Positions 18,833 to 29,127 of a stretch of DNA of 64,000 nt are shown here, piece by piece. The position numbers were made by a program, and so were the translations under genes. The notes under the pieces are model-generated. The model saw only the letters and a program-made list of their open reading frames with translations, searched no databases and had not been told where the DNA came from. Origin of the DNA: Candidatus Eiseniibacteriota bacterium (GTDB lineage Bacteria > Eisenbacteria > RBG-16-71-46); contig JANYBS010000026.1 in NCBI GenBank assembly GCA_025360715.1, positions 5,699 through 69,698 of the forward strand, written 5' to 3'. Each line of letters opens with the position of its first letter. Within the stretch, counting starts at the first letter, position 1.

Positions 18833-20223
18833 GCAGCGCCTCCGGTCGTGCCGATCAGGCGATCGAGGAGTCCCGCAAGCCGCGCCGCAAGGCGCGGCCG
18901 GGCGTACTCCTCGAGCCATTCGGGACGCGCATCCGGCACGCGCCCGTGTTCTTTCCATGTCGTGTACCGCGTTTCGAGTTCGCGCGCCAGTGCGTCGCGG
19001 TCGCCGGGCGCCAGCACGCAGCCTTTCGCGCGCGTGATCAACCTCGCCACTTCGTCGCTCGCGGGCAGCAGCGCCACCACGGGTCGGCCGCTGTCGAGGT
19101 ACTCGTAGGTCTTGCCCGGCACCATCGCCGCGAAGCCATCGCCGTGCGGCTTCCACAACATGAGCACGTCGGCCGCGCGCTGCAGGGCGCGCGAGTCCGC
19201 GTGGATGCGCGCGCCCAGGAATCGCACGATGCCGGTCAGCCCCAGTGCCTCGGCGCGGTCGGCCAGATCCATGTCGTAGGGCCCCGCCAGGTCCACGCGC
19301 AGCCGGCGTCGCGCCTCGGGCAGTCGCGCGAGCACCTCGTGCACCGCTTCCAGCAGCGTGCCCAGGTCCTCCATGAGCGCGAGCGTGCCGGTGAACACGA
19401 TGCGGAATGGCTCGGGCGCTGCGAGTAAGATCCCCGGCGCGGCCGGCACGGGATGGGAAGCCGGCGACGACACCTGCTCCGGCTCGTACCCATTCGGCAG
19501 ATGTTCCGTGCGCCGCACTTTGGCGCCACTCTCGCGGCCCAGCGCATCGAGGTGCGCGCGCGACGCCGTGAGCACCAGGTCGGCGCGCTCCAGCACGCGC
19601 TTCTCCATGGCCGCCTGCCGCGCGCGATGCCACGACGTGGGCGGCGTGCGCCAGTGCAGGCCCACCCATGGGTCACGAAAGTCGGCGATGAATGGCAGGC
19701 GCTCACGGGATTCGTCTGGCAGGTGCACCCGGCCTCCGGCCGTGTGTGCTTCACGGAGAGAATCGGAGCGTTCCAGGGCCTCCAGTGCCGCGAGATGCGC
19801 CGAGTCCGGCGGCGATGTGGAGAGCACCGCGTCGATGTCGCCGCGCGCGATGCGCTCACGCGCCACCTTCGCCGCGCGATTGGACCAGCCCACATACGGA
19901 TCGGGCAGCAGCCACCAGTCGGCAAGCGCGCGCAACCCGGCGAACGTGCTGCCGCGGCGCTTCCCTTGCGCTTCCTCGGGACGCACGCGCAGCCACGCGG
20001 CGAGCGGACTCGCGCCGCTCACACGGATCACTTCGGTCCCGGCGGGTACGCGAGCGAGAAGGGACTCGTCGCGCACCCAATAGTCGCGTTCGCCCGCACA
20101 GATCACGGTGCAATCCCAGCCATGCTCGGGCAGGCGTTGCACGAACGACAACACGCGGTGCACGCCGCCGCCTGCCAATGGCGGGAAGAAATGCGCGAGC
20201 AGCAGCAGGCGGTGGCGCTTCAT
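18829..20223 (-). CDS. Glycosyltransferase family 4
   Basis: HFFPPLAGGGVHR, STSPPDSAH, ADFRDPW, PNGYE, PGKTYEYL; start re-set to ATG 20223. Confidence 0.88.
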   Translation of the reverse strand: MKRHRLLLLAHFFPPLAGGGVHRVLSFVQRLPEHGWDCTVICAGERDYWVRDESLLARVPAGTEVIRVSGASPLAAWLRVRPEEAQGKRRGSTFAGLRALADWWLLPDPYVGWSNRAAKVARERIARGDIDAVLSTSPPDSAHLAALEALERSDSLREAHTAGGRVHLPDESRERLPFIADFRDPWVGLHWRTPPTSWHRARQAAMEKRVLERADLVLTASRAHLDALGRESGAKVRRTEHLPNGYEPEQVSSPASHPVPAAPGILLAAPEPFRIVFTGTLALMEDLGTLLEAVHEVLARLPEARRRLRVDLAGPYDMDLADRAEALGLTGIVRFLGARIHADSRALQRAADVLMLWKPHGDGFAAMVPGKTYEYLDSGRPVVALLPASDEVARLITRAKGCVLAPGDRDALARELETRYTTWKEHGRVPDARPEWLEEYARPRLAARLAGLLDRLIGTTGGAA

Positions 20224-21296
20224 GACGGCCGCCCGTGCGTGCTGAGCGGTTGCCCCGCAACCAACTGCTCGAACATCTCCTCGATCTGCCGCATGTTCTG
20301 CAGCCAGTCGCCGCGTGCCGCGATCACTGCGGCATTGTGCGCACGCGCGCGCGCGCGCCACGCATCGCCGTCGAGCGCCGTCTCGAGCGCGCGGCTCAGC
20401 GCTGCGTCATCGCCGACCGGGAAGCAGCGCGCACCCTCGCCGTCTTGCACCCACTCGCGATTGCCTTCGAGGTCGCTCACCACGGGAACCGCGCCCGCCG
20501 CCATGCTCTCGAGCAGCGAGACCGACGTGGAGTCGCTCTGCGAGGCCGACAGCATGACCTCGGCGCGGCCGAGCCACTGCGCCATCTCTTGCGGCGTAAG
20601 CCGTCCCACGAACCGGTAGCGCCCGGCAGGCAGCAGTCTCGCCGCCAGTGCCTCGTGCTGCGCGCGCAACGAGCCCTCGCCCGCCAGCGCGAGGAACACC
20701 TCGGGCCGCGCGGCCATCACGCGCGCGACGCCGCGCAGGATCACGGGAATGTCGTACACGCTCTCGTGCATGCGCGTGCTCAACAGCAGACCGTGTTCGC
20801 GTGCACCGGGAACGAAGCGGCTGCGATCGACGCCCCAGGGAATCGCGCGCACGACGTCGCGCGGCGCGCCCAGTTCCAGAGCAGCAGCAGCAAGGTTGTC
20901 ACTGTCGGCCAGCACGAGATCGGCGCGTTGCATCACCCACTTCGCGCGGGCGCGCTGGAAGGCGTCACGCTTGCCGGCGATGAGCAAGTCGCTGCCCCAT
21001 GCGGTCACGCATAGCGGACGCCGCCCGCAGAGCACTCCCATCACGCCGTAGTTGGGCACGTAGTGGGCATCGATCAACTGCGGACGAAAGTCCGCCAGGG
21101 CATGCTGCAGCGCGCCGACCGCGAGCGGATAGCGCAGCGCGCCGGGCAGCGGCGCCGCGGGCAGGATGTGCGCATCGAAGCCCGGCGCTGCCGGCTCGAG
21201 CGAGTACACGCGCACGTCGTGACCGCGCTTGCGCAGGTGTTCCACCCAGCGCACGGTGTGGATGACCGCGGCGTTCGAGAGGGTCGCGATCCTCAC
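20220..21296 (-). CDS. Glycosyltransferase family 4
   Basis: HTVRW, WGSD, PWGVD, SLLESMAAGAVPVVSD. Confidence 0.88.
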   Translation of the reverse strand: MRIATLSNAAVIHTVRWVEHLRKRGHDVRVYSLEPAAPGFDAHILPAAPLPGALRYPLAVGALQHALADFRPQLIDAHYVPNYGVMGVLCGRRPLCVTAWGSDLLIAGKRDAFQRARAKWVMQRADLVLADSDNLAAAALELGAPRDVVRAIPWGVDRSRFVPGAREHGLLLSTRMHESVYDIPVILRGVARVMAARPEVFLALAGEGSLRAQHEALAARLLPAGRYRFVGRLTPQEMAQWLGRAEVMLSASQSDSTSVSLLESMAAGAVPVVSDLEGNREWVQDGEGARCFPVGDDAALSRALETALDGDAWRARARAHNAAVIAARGDWLQNMRQIEEMFEQLVAGQPLSTHGRPS

Positions 21297-22336
21297 GCGC
21301 GCTCGCCTTGCGGGCGGCGCGCGCGCGCATAGCGCTGCAACTTCGCCAGCATCCGCGCATGCGCAGGCGCATAGCGGTCATCGAGCCAGCGCACCGCGAA
21401 GCGTTCGCCGCGCGCGCCGAGCGCATGCTTGAAGGTGGCGACAAGCGACAAGCCGGTGCTCGCGCCCAGGTCCACGCGCATGCGGCCATGTGCCGCCGCC
21501 CATTCGATGATCTGCCATAGCAGCAGCGTGAACGCCTGCCGGCGGCGGCCATCGGGGTGCGTGCCGCTCCACCACACGAACAGGTCGTGCGGGCCATCGA
21601 TCGCGAGCGCCGAGGAGAGCACGCCCTGTGTGTCGCGCAATGTGAAGAGCCGCGCGAGCGGGCCGTCGGGCGCGTCCGCAAGCAGGCGGCGAGAGAGTTC
21701 CAGCGGCAGCGGCCGGTGACCGCCCCACGCGCGGCTCTGCGTCACGTGCAGCGCATACGCGGCCTCGAGCGCGGCAGGTTCCTCGGAAAACGCGAGCCGC
21801 TGCCGCCGCGCATGCGCGAGCGCCTGGCGGTGCTTGCGCTCCATGCGCTTGAGCGCGCCTTCAGGGCCGCCCTGCAGGTCCACCACCGCGGACTCGAACC
21901 AGCGCGACTCACCGGCGATCGCAGCGAGCGCGTCCTCGCTCACGACGGGCCCGCCCGCGCGGTGCAGCGACCACTCGCCGCCGACGATGCCCTCTTGGCG
22001 CGCCAGCGCATCGAAGGCGCGCGCGACGGCCAGATCCACCTCGGCGTGGCGTCCCGGCAGTGCGACCGGCGCCGCGGGCAGCAACATGGGTAGCGCATGC
22101 AGCCAGCGGAATCCCGCGCGCTGCTCGATCACCAATGCGGCGCCGCCGATGGTCCGGCCCTGCTCCTCGACCACCACCACACGGCTCTCGAGCGCCGCGC
22201 TCGCCGAAGTGAACGCCGCCCACACACCGGGGCGGTGCGCTCCGCCCGCAGCGGGATCGGCGGCCAGCAACTCGCCCCAATCCCGTGGTGCGCGCTCGAC
22301 CACGTGCGTGTGGATACCGGGTGCGGCCGGCCTCAT
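21293..22336 (-). CDS. GNAT-fold FemAB/BcsL-like acyltransferase
   Basis: VVDL...RKHRQALAHA, LLWQIIEWAAAHG...DLGAS...FKHALGA, typical of FemAB-like/Acetyltransf_6 proteins in polysaccharide loci; start re-set to ATG 22336. Confidence 0.72.
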   Translation of the reverse strand: MRPAAPGIHTHVVERAPRDWGELLAADPAAGGAHRPGVWAAFTSASAALESRVVVVEEQGRTIGGAALVIEQRAGFRWLHALPMLLPAAPVALPGRHAEVDLAVARAFDALARQEGIVGGEWSLHRAGGPVVSEDALAAIAGESRWFESAVVDLQGGPEGALKRMERKHRQALAHARRQRLAFSEEPAALEAAYALHVTQSRAWGGHRPLPLELSRRLLADAPDGPLARLFTLRDTQGVLSSALAIDGPHDLFVWWSGTHPDGRRRQAFTLLLWQIIEWAAAHGRMRVDLGASTGLSLVATFKHALGARGERFAVRWLDDRYAPAHARMLAKLQRYARARRPQGERA

Positions 22337-22406
22337 GATCCGCTTGCTGCGCGCGGGTGGTCCGCCCGCGCCCCGGGCGTGCGAGGCCAGCTCGGAGCGC
22401 CCAAGA

Positions 22407-24671
22407 TCAGTGCAGGACCACGACCCGGGCGGCGCCTTCACGACCGCCGCCGTGCGCGTGAACGAAATAGATGCCCGGGCGGACCCGCTCGCCATTCAAG
22501 TCATAACCATCCCAGACCACGCGGTCGTTCGCGTCAGCGACAAACCGCCGCAGAACGCGGCCGTTCAGGTCCAGGATCTCCCCTTGGTACGCGGTGGTGT
22601 TGCCCGACAGCCGCAGCTCGAACCCGATGCCGGTCTGCGTGACCGGGTTCGGATAGATCTTGATCCGCAGCGCAGCCGGACGCGGTGCCGGCGGCGGCGT
22701 GTAGTTCGGGTCGTAGCGGTTCATGCCCGCCGCGGTTCCTATCCAGACGACGCCGCTGACGGGATCGACGGAGATCGCGCGCACCTCGTTGTCGGCGAGC
22801 GGCGAGTTGTCCGCCTTGAAGTCCACGAACGGCTTGCCCGGCGAGAACACGCGCACGCCGTCGACCGAGCCGACATAGACGCTGCCGTCGGGCCCCACCG
22901 CAAGTGGATGCACCGCGCCGCGCGGAGCGGGGCCGGCTGCGAGAGGCAGACTCGACTGCACACTGCGCGTGGTGCCGCGCAGGCGCAACAGGCTGCTCGT
23001 GGTGAGCACCCAGATCGAATCGCCGCGCGCCACGATGCCGAAGATGTCGAGATTGCTCGTGGCCTGCACGACCGAGAACATGCCCGCGTGCGCCAAGTGA
23101 TCGCCCGTGAGTTGCGCGACCGCGACTCCCGTGCCTGGGAAACCCGCCCACAACGACGCACCCGATGCGCTCACCTGCACGGCGAGCGCGCGCACCTGAT
23201 TGTCGGGGATCCCGGAGTTGGTGGTCTTATACGTCTCGATCAGCGCGCCAGCCGTATCGTACACCGCGATGCCCACCGGCGGACGGCCGCCGCGATCGGG
23301 CGTGTCGGCGCCGATGAACACATAGCCGCTGCTGTCGACACAACTCGACCAGCCGAGCGTGTACAGCGAGAGCGTATCGCTGGAGCCCGGAGACACGACC
23401 AGATGGTCGAAGTGCGGCGGGACCACGGAGTCGTCAAAGCGCTCCACGGCGAAGTCCCAGTTCGTGACCCACTTGCGGCCGCGGCGATCGCGCTGCAGCG
23501 CGAACGCAAAGGAGGAATTGATGAACGTCGTGTCCTGGGAAGCGCCGGCGCTGACAGGCAGCCAGTTGCGCCACTGCGTGCCGTCGAAGCGGCTCACGCC
23601 TTCGCCGAAGGTGCAGACATATACACGCGAGCCATCGGCGAGGATGTTCTGCACGCTGTTGCCTGCCGGCGCCGGCGGAAAGCGCCGGGGCCATGCAGCG
23701 GCGAAATCCTGCTCCCACAGCGCGCCGCCTGCGAAGCCGAACGCGTGATTCGCCGCATCGACCGTGACCTCGGAGCCACCATCGTCGGTCCCGTCGGCGA
23801 CCGGCGCGCCGCCGACCTGCGCCCACAGGTTCGTGACCCACTCGAACGTGCCGGAGCTTGAGATCGACAGCATGCGGCCGAAGTCATCGCGCACGCGTTT
23901 CGTGGCGCCGTTACCGGCCGCCAGTCCCCACGTGTGCGCATTGCGGTCCCACCGATAGGTGGCGGCGCCGGCGAGCACGAAGATCTCGCGGCCATCCGTG
24001 ACCATGCCATCGCACTTGTGCGTGAGCAGGCCCGTGTTCACGGTCGACCAGTTCGCCAACTGTTCCGAGATGCGCGCGATCGCAACGCCCCCCTGTGTGG
24101 CCACGAACAGCGAATCGCCATACACGACGATGCCGGTCACACGATCATCGGCGAACGGCGACAGCGCGCCGGAATCGGGGATGCGGCCCGCGATCTCGCG
24201 GCCGTTCCACAGCGCGATGCCGCGCGGCGTGCCGATCCACATGGTGTCGCCGTCGGCGCGCAGGACCGAGACGGTGTCCGACGGCAGGCCGTCGAACGCG
24301 TTGATGAGGTCCCAGCTCGTACGATCCGCCGACAAACGGCTCAGCCCCAGCCCGGGCGTTCCGCACCACACCCGGCCGGAGCGATCGAAGGCCATCGTCG
24401 TGATGTGGTTGCTCGCCAGGCCGCCCGGCTCGCGCGTCGAGGACTCGAAGCGGCCTTCCGACCGCAGGTAGCGCACCAGGCCGGCTTCACCCGTGGCGAT
24501 CCACACGGTATCGGCGCCGGCGACGAGGTCGTTGCACGTGTAGGTCTTCAGGAACGTCTGCCACTGCCCTGCCGCCCGCGCGGGCGCCGCGAGAAGCACG
24601 AGCGAGGCGCACATCGGGAGCAGCAGGAGCGAAAGGAGCACGGCGATGCGGCGCAGCATGGCGTACGGCAT
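22407..24671 (-). CDS. Secreted beta-propeller protein (PorZ-like) with C-terminal FlgD-Ig/T9SS-like domain
   Basis: Signal peptide ending ARA; repeated GLASNHI/GLPSDTV/SGIPDNQV/SPLADNEV + W-x-GT-x-x-G propeller blades; C-terminal IYPNP...WDGYDLNGERVRPGIYFV. Start re-set to 24671. Confidence 0.75.
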   Translation of the reverse strand: MPYAMLRRIAVLLSLLLLPMCASLVLLAAPARAAGQWQTFLKTYTCNDLVAGADTVWIATGEAGLVRYLRSEGRFESSTREPGGLASNHITTMAFDRSGRVWCGTPGLGLSRLSADRTSWDLINAFDGLPSDTVSVLRADGDTMWIGTPRGIALWNGREIAGRIPDSGALSPFADDRVTGIVVYGDSLFVATQGGVAIARISEQLANWSTVNTGLLTHKCDGMVTDGREIFVLAGAATYRWDRNAHTWGLAAGNGATKRVRDDFGRMLSISSSGTFEWVTNLWAQVGGAPVADGTDDGGSEVTVDAANHAFGFAGGALWEQDFAAAWPRRFPPAPAGNSVQNILADGSRVYVCTFGEGVSRFDGTQWRNWLPVSAGASQDTTFINSSFAFALQRDRRGRKWVTNWDFAVERFDDSVVPPHFDHLVVSPGSSDTLSLYTLGWSSCVDSSGYVFIGADTPDRGGRPPVGIAVYDTAGALIETYKTTNSGIPDNQVRALAVQVSASGASLWAGFPGTGVAVAQLTGDHLAHAGMFSVVQATSNLDIFGIVARGDSIWVLTTSSLLRLRGTTRSVQSSLPLAAGPAPRGAVHPLAVGPDGSVYVGSVDGVRVFSPGKPFVDFKADNSPLADNEVRAISVDPVSGVVWIGTAAGMNRYDPNYTPPPAPRPAALRIKIYPNPVTQTGIGFELRLSGNTTAYQGEILDLNGRVLRRFVADANDRVVWDGYDLNGERVRPGIYFVHAHGGGREGAARVVVLH

Positions 24672-24676
24672 TCGGT

Positions 24677-25393
24677 TCACTCCAGTCGGCCGAGCAGGTC
24701 GAGCAGGCGGAGCTTCCAGACCATCCCGGCGGCTTCCCAGATGATCTTCTTGTTCATCTTGGACGTGCCGAGCTGGCGGTCGACGAAGATGATGGGGATC
24801 TCGACGATACGAAAACCCTTCTTCCAGCAGCGGAACGACATCTCGATCTGGAACGAGTAGCCCTCGGACTGCACCTTGTCGAGGCGGATGCCTTCGAGCG
24901 CGCGGCGGCGGAAGCACTTGTATCCGCCGGTGGCGTCGCGCAGCGGTAGCCCGGTCACGATGCGCGAATACACATTGGCGCTATACGAGAGAATGAGCCG
25001 CGAGAGCGGCCAGTTCATGACCGTGACACCCTTGATGTAGCGCGAACCCAACACGATGTCAGCGTTCTCGGCAGCCTTGAGGAACTCCCCGATCGCGCCC
25101 GGGTCATGCGAGAAGTCCGCATCCATCTCGAAGATGTACTCGGCGCCGTTGTTGAGCGCGTAGCGGAAGCCATCGCGATACGCCGAGCCCAGGCCCATCT
25201 TGCCGGGACGCTTGAGCAGGTGGATGCGCGTCTCGGACTGCATGCGCCGTTCGACGATGGCCGCGGTGCCGTCGGGCGAGTTGTCATCGACGATGAGGAT
25301 GTCGAGACCCCACGGCAGCCCCAGGACCTTGTCGAGGATCGCTTCGATGTTCTCGCACTCATTGTAAGTGGGAACGATGACGAGCTTCTCCAT
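24677..25393 (-). CDS. Polyprenol-monophosphomannose synthase (DPM1/Ppm1-like GT2)
   Basis: IVPTYNE, VDDNSPDGT, GLGSAY, MDADFSH, DATGGYKCFR, GYSFQIE, FVDRQLGTSKM. Confidence 0.92.
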   Translation of the reverse strand: MEKLVIVPTYNECENIEAILDKVLGLPWGLDILIVDDNSPDGTAAIVERRMQSETRIHLLKRPGKMGLGSAYRDGFRYALNNGAEYIFEMDADFSHDPGAIGEFLKAAENADIVLGSRYIKGVTVMNWPLSRLILSYSANVYSRIVTGLPLRDATGGYKCFRRRALEGIRLDKVQSEGYSFQIEMSFRCWKKGFRIVEIPIIFVDRQLGTSKMNKKIIWEAAGMVWKLRLLDLLGRLE

Positions 25394-27873
25394 CAGAGCA
25401 CCCCCGCAGCCGCAGCCGCGATCGCGCCCGCTTCGTCCGGGCCGGCGGCGGGCGGCCGGCGGCGATCGTTGTAGACCCCCGCGAACAGCAACAGCAGAGC
25501 GGCGGCGACGCTCACCAGCGACAGGGTCACACCGGTGCGCATGACGCGCGACGCGAAATGGAAGTTCACCTGATGCTCTCCTGCCGGCACCGCGACCGCG
25601 CGCAACGCATGATCCGCGCGCAGCATCTGGGCCTTCTGGCCGTCGACCGTCACGGTCCAGTCGGGGTAGTACAGATCGGCCAGCCGCAGCAGCCCGGCGC
25701 CCGGCGTCTGAACCTTGATGTCCACATCGTGCAGGCCGTATTTCGTGATCGTCGCGGTGGCGCCAGTCACATTGCCGAGCGTGACGCCCGGTGCCTGTGT
25801 GAGCCAGGTGAAGTTCGCAGGATCATGCACGCCGGCCGTGATCGAATCGATGGCCGCCGTGCCGGTATCGGCCACCACACCGTACGCGCCGACCACCATG
25901 GCGCGCGGCATGGCTGTGAGGTTCTCGTAGACGCTCTGCGAACCTTGGAAAGCCAGCTTGAGGAATGGCGGCGTCTGCTCGGGCGGCAGTGCGCGGCTGA
26001 GCACGACGTAGCGCACGTTGAGCAATCCCCACCAGCGCGGGGAATTCATCACACCATTGGGCGCCGTGCGGTCGAGGATGTCCTGGAACAACCGCGGCTT
26101 CGCGGCGTGATAGCCGTTGAGGGTGGCCAGGCCGAAACCCGCAAGACGATTGTCGCGCAGGTTCTCGGGCAGGTACGTGCGGAAGCTGCCCCACGGGCCC
26201 TGCTTCTGCAGCCAGTCCACGACGTCGTCGCGGCCCACGTCCAGGCTTGCCGACTGCACCTCGCCGATCACCGGCTGCATGACCGAGGTGCTGATCGGGA
26301 ACAAGTCGAACATGAGCATCACGAGCACACCCAGCGATGCCATGAATGGTGCGAGCTTTCCGCGCACCGTGAACCACGCGAGTGCGATCACCACCAGCCC
26401 GGTCACGCCCACACGCAGCAGGTCGCCCGCGAACATCTGGAACGCGGCCGCCGCGGCATCCGGCGGGAACTGCGCCTTGCTCGCAGTGGCGAGCCCCACG
26501 TACCAGCTGCGCAGGCCGTCCTGGCCCACGACAGCGGCGAGCAGCATGACGCCAAGTAGCGCGCCCATCACCTGCAGCAGCCGCTCCAGACCGGCGTCGC
26601 GTTGCTTGGGATCGCGGCCTGCTTCGAGGATCGCGCTCCAGCCCCACGCGGCGCCCACGGCGATCGCGAGCTGGAAGAGGATGATGATCATGACCGGGAT
26701 GCGGAAGCGGTTGAAGAGCGGCACATGATCGTAGAGGAAGCCGTAGAGCGGGAAATTGTGCCCGAATGACACGAACACCGAGAAGAGCCCCATGACCAGC
26801 GCGAACACACGCGCCGTGCCCTTGGCGCCGTTCGCGCGCGCGAGTGCGACGATCGCGAGCAGTATCGCGACGATGCCTACAAATGCATTGGGGTAATCGG
26901 TGAACGGCATGCCGCCCCAGTAGGTGCCGCCGCCGAAGCCCACCCAGTTAGGCAGGAAGACGGCCGGCCATTCATAGAGCGCCATCGACCACTGCGTCGC
27001 GTAGTCCATGCCCGCGCCGCCGCCACCGCCGCCGCTGCGCACGGAGTACGCGGCGTAATCCTTGAGCGGCAGGTTGTAGAAGCCGGCCACACCGAAAGCC
27101 AAGCCGGCCGCCACAGCGAGTGCGAGTGCGCGCACGACCTTGGCGCCTGCCTGCTTCGGGTCACGCGCGGCCGCGAGCACCTCGACACCGGCGTACAGCC
27201 CCACCGCCATCCATGTGTAGAAGCAGATCTGCACGTGGCCGCGCAGGAACTGGAATCCGCCCGCGAGACCGAGCCAGCCCAGGTCGCTCAGGCTGCCGCG
27301 GCGCAGCCAGCGCGCCGTGAGCCACACCATGAGCGGCAGGTATGCGGAGTCCACGAGCTGGCTGCCGTGGCCATGCGCGCCGACCGCGACCAGGTTGGGC
27401 GCGAACATGAAGATGACCGCGCCCATGAATGCGCCTTCGGCGCGCGCACCCCACTCGCGCGCGAGCTGGTACGTGAAGAGCGCGCCCAGAAAGTAGTAGA
27501 GCAGCAGCCACGTCATGTCGGGCAGTACGGGCACGGCCTTCTGCAGCAGGCCGAGCGGCCAGTCGGGCGGATAGATGAGCGGGTTGTAGGCGCCGCTGGC
27601 GAAGCTGGGCATGCCCAGGAACACGAACGGGTTCCAGAGCGGGTACACGTGCTCATGCCAGAGCGACTGCTCGCCGATGCGCACGAAGCCCGCAGGGGCG
27701 ACGGCGTCGGGCGAGACGAATGTCTTGCCGCCGAGCGATACCTCGTGGAAGAACAAGATGGTGATCACGGCGAGCGCCAGCGCCACCCATTTCAGGGACA
27801 GGGCGGCGGACGGCGTCAGGCCGCGAGCGGGCTTCGTATCGCGACGGGACTTCGGGAGCTTGGTTTCGGCCAT
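25393..27873 (-). CDS. YfhO-family multi-TM membrane protein (GT-C)
   Basis: PLWNPFVFLGMP, many TM helices, LLNVRYV, C-terminal YYPDWTVTVDG...ADHALRAVAVPAGEHQVNFHF, characteristic of YfhO. Confidence 0.85.
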   Translation of the reverse strand: MAETKLPKSRRDTKPARGLTPSAALSLKWVALALAVITILFFHEVSLGGKTFVSPDAVAPAGFVRIGEQSLWHEHVYPLWNPFVFLGMPSFASGAYNPLIYPPDWPLGLLQKAVPVLPDMTWLLLYYFLGALFTYQLAREWGARAEGAFMGAVIFMFAPNLVAVGAHGHGSQLVDSAYLPLMVWLTARWLRRGSLSDLGWLGLAGGFQFLRGHVQICFYTWMAVGLYAGVEVLAAARDPKQAGAKVVRALALAVAAGLAFGVAGFYNLPLKDYAAYSVRSGGGGGGAGMDYATQWSMALYEWPAVFLPNWVGFGGGTYWGGMPFTDYPNAFVGIVAILLAIVALARANGAKGTARVFALVMGLFSVFVSFGHNFPLYGFLYDHVPLFNRFRIPVMIIILFQLAIAVGAAWGWSAILEAGRDPKQRDAGLERLLQVMGALLGVMLLAAVVGQDGLRSWYVGLATASKAQFPPDAAAAAFQMFAGDLLRVGVTGLVVIALAWFTVRGKLAPFMASLGVLVMLMFDLFPISTSVMQPVIGEVQSASLDVGRDDVVDWLQKQGPWGSFRTYLPENLRDNRLAGFGLATLNGYHAAKPRLFQDILDRTAPNGVMNSPRWWGLLNVRYVVLSRALPPEQTPPFLKLAFQGSQSVYENLTAMPRAMVVGAYGVVADTGTAAIDSITAGVHDPANFTWLTQAPGVTLGNVTGATATITKYGLHDVDIKVQTPGAGLLRLADLYYPDWTVTVDGQKAQMLRADHALRAVAVPAGEHQVNFHFASRVMRTGVTLSLVSVAAALLLLFAGVYNDRRRPPAAGPDEAGAIAAAAAGVL

Positions 27874-27898
27874 GGTCTCGCTGAGAAGGTCAGGGTCT

Positions 27899-29062
27899 TC
27901 AGGCGGCCCGCAGGCGGGCTTCGATCTCGTTCACCATCCGTGCTGCCAGCGCATCCCAGTCGTGGGGTGCGGACATCGCGCAGCGCCGGGCGCGGTCCGC
28001 AGGTGCATCGAGCGCGACTGCAAGCGCACGGCTCACTTCATCTGTCGTGGTCGCGAAGAGAAGGTCGGGAGAACGCTCCTGAAGATCGAGGACCGGTGTG
28101 GTGATGACCGGAAGTCCGGCAGCGAGATACTGGTAGACCTTGTTCGGATTGATCCCCTGCACGAAGGGATCCGCGGCCCGGAACGGAATCACGCCCACGT
28201 CGAGTCCCTGCATGTAAGCAGGCACATCGGCATAGGGACGCTGTCCCAGCACCGCCACGCCCTCGCGCCGGCGGAAACCTTCCACCTGCGCGTCGGTCGC
28301 GGCCGTACCCGGTCCAATCAATACCACGGTGCCTCCCCGACGGTTCCGGCGGAGCGCTTCGAGGATCTCGAAATCAAGGAAATGGCTGAGCAGTCCGACA
28401 TAGCCGATGAGCGGTCGCGGCAGCGCGGCCAAGTCCTCAGGCAGCGCTCGCGGCTCCATGAACTGCGCCCTCTCGACACCGTTCCCGAGCAGGATCAAGG
28501 GTCGGTCGATCTCCCCGGCGAGCTGACGACGGTAATACTCCGAGACCACGAAGACCGCATCCGCCTGGCCGATGGTGCGATGCCAATACGGGCGCGCCCA
28601 AGGCGGGGTCACCGAGAACTGGAAAGGACTATCGTTGAAGTCATAGAGTACCAGCTTCTTGCGGAGCCGCGAAAGCAGTCCCGGCGCGTAGATGTTGCTG
28701 GCCATGACGATGGGCGATTCCGCCACACGCAGCCGACGCAGCATGTGCCCCAGGTAGAGCTCAGCGCCCAGCTCGATGGCGGTCCGGCCGGCCGCCGTGC
28801 CCGCGAGGGCATTGTAGGCCCCACTCTGGGTGCCGGGCTTGAGGAAGGGCACCGTGAAATAGGTCACCCGTCCCTCGTGCCGCGGCGTCCAGGGGTCGTC
28901 CGCGCCGCCCCCGGGCGGCTGGGCGAAGAACACCCGCCAGTCCTTGGGGAAGCGCGAGAGCAGGAACTGCTTCCGGGTGCGGAAATACCCCCAGCGGACC
29001 TCGGAGAGGACCACGAGGTCGCGGGAGCCATCAGAAGAACGAGGGGTGGGTTCGGTCAGCAT
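27899..29062 (-). CDS. Glycosyltransferase (TuaH-like GT4)
   Basis: W...RKQFLLSR, NGVE, IGYVG, PNKVYQYLAAGLPVI; start re-set to ATG 29062. Confidence 0.85.
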   Translation of the reverse strand: MLTEPTPRSSDGSRDLVVLSEVRWGYFRTRKQFLLSRFPKDWRVFFAQPPGGGADDPWTPRHEGRVTYFTVPFLKPGTQSGAYNALAGTAAGRTAIELGAELYLGHMLRRLRVAESPIVMASNIYAPGLLSRLRKKLVLYDFNDSPFQFSVTPPWARPYWHRTIGQADAVFVVSEYYRRQLAGEIDRPLILLGNGVERAQFMEPRALPEDLAALPRPLIGYVGLLSHFLDFEILEALRRNRRGGTVVLIGPGTAATDAQVEGFRRREGVAVLGQRPYADVPAYMQGLDVGVIPFRAADPFVQGINPNKVYQYLAAGLPVITTPVLDLQERSPDLLFATTTDEVSRALAVALDAPADRARRCAMSAPHDWDALAARMVNEIEARLRAA

Positions 29063-29127
29063 CCACGGCAAGGTAGCCGCAACCAGCGCGGCATGCCAGA
29101 GGGTGCGGGCCCGGCGCGGCCTTCGAC

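Noticed and set aside
18833-19669. N-terminal extensions given by the ORF track (e.g. 795-aa version of 17282; also murC, ftsW, murE, ribE, several GTs)
   Set aside because: Extensions overlap upstream genes in another frame; downstream starts give 4-bp coupling and family-typical N-termini.
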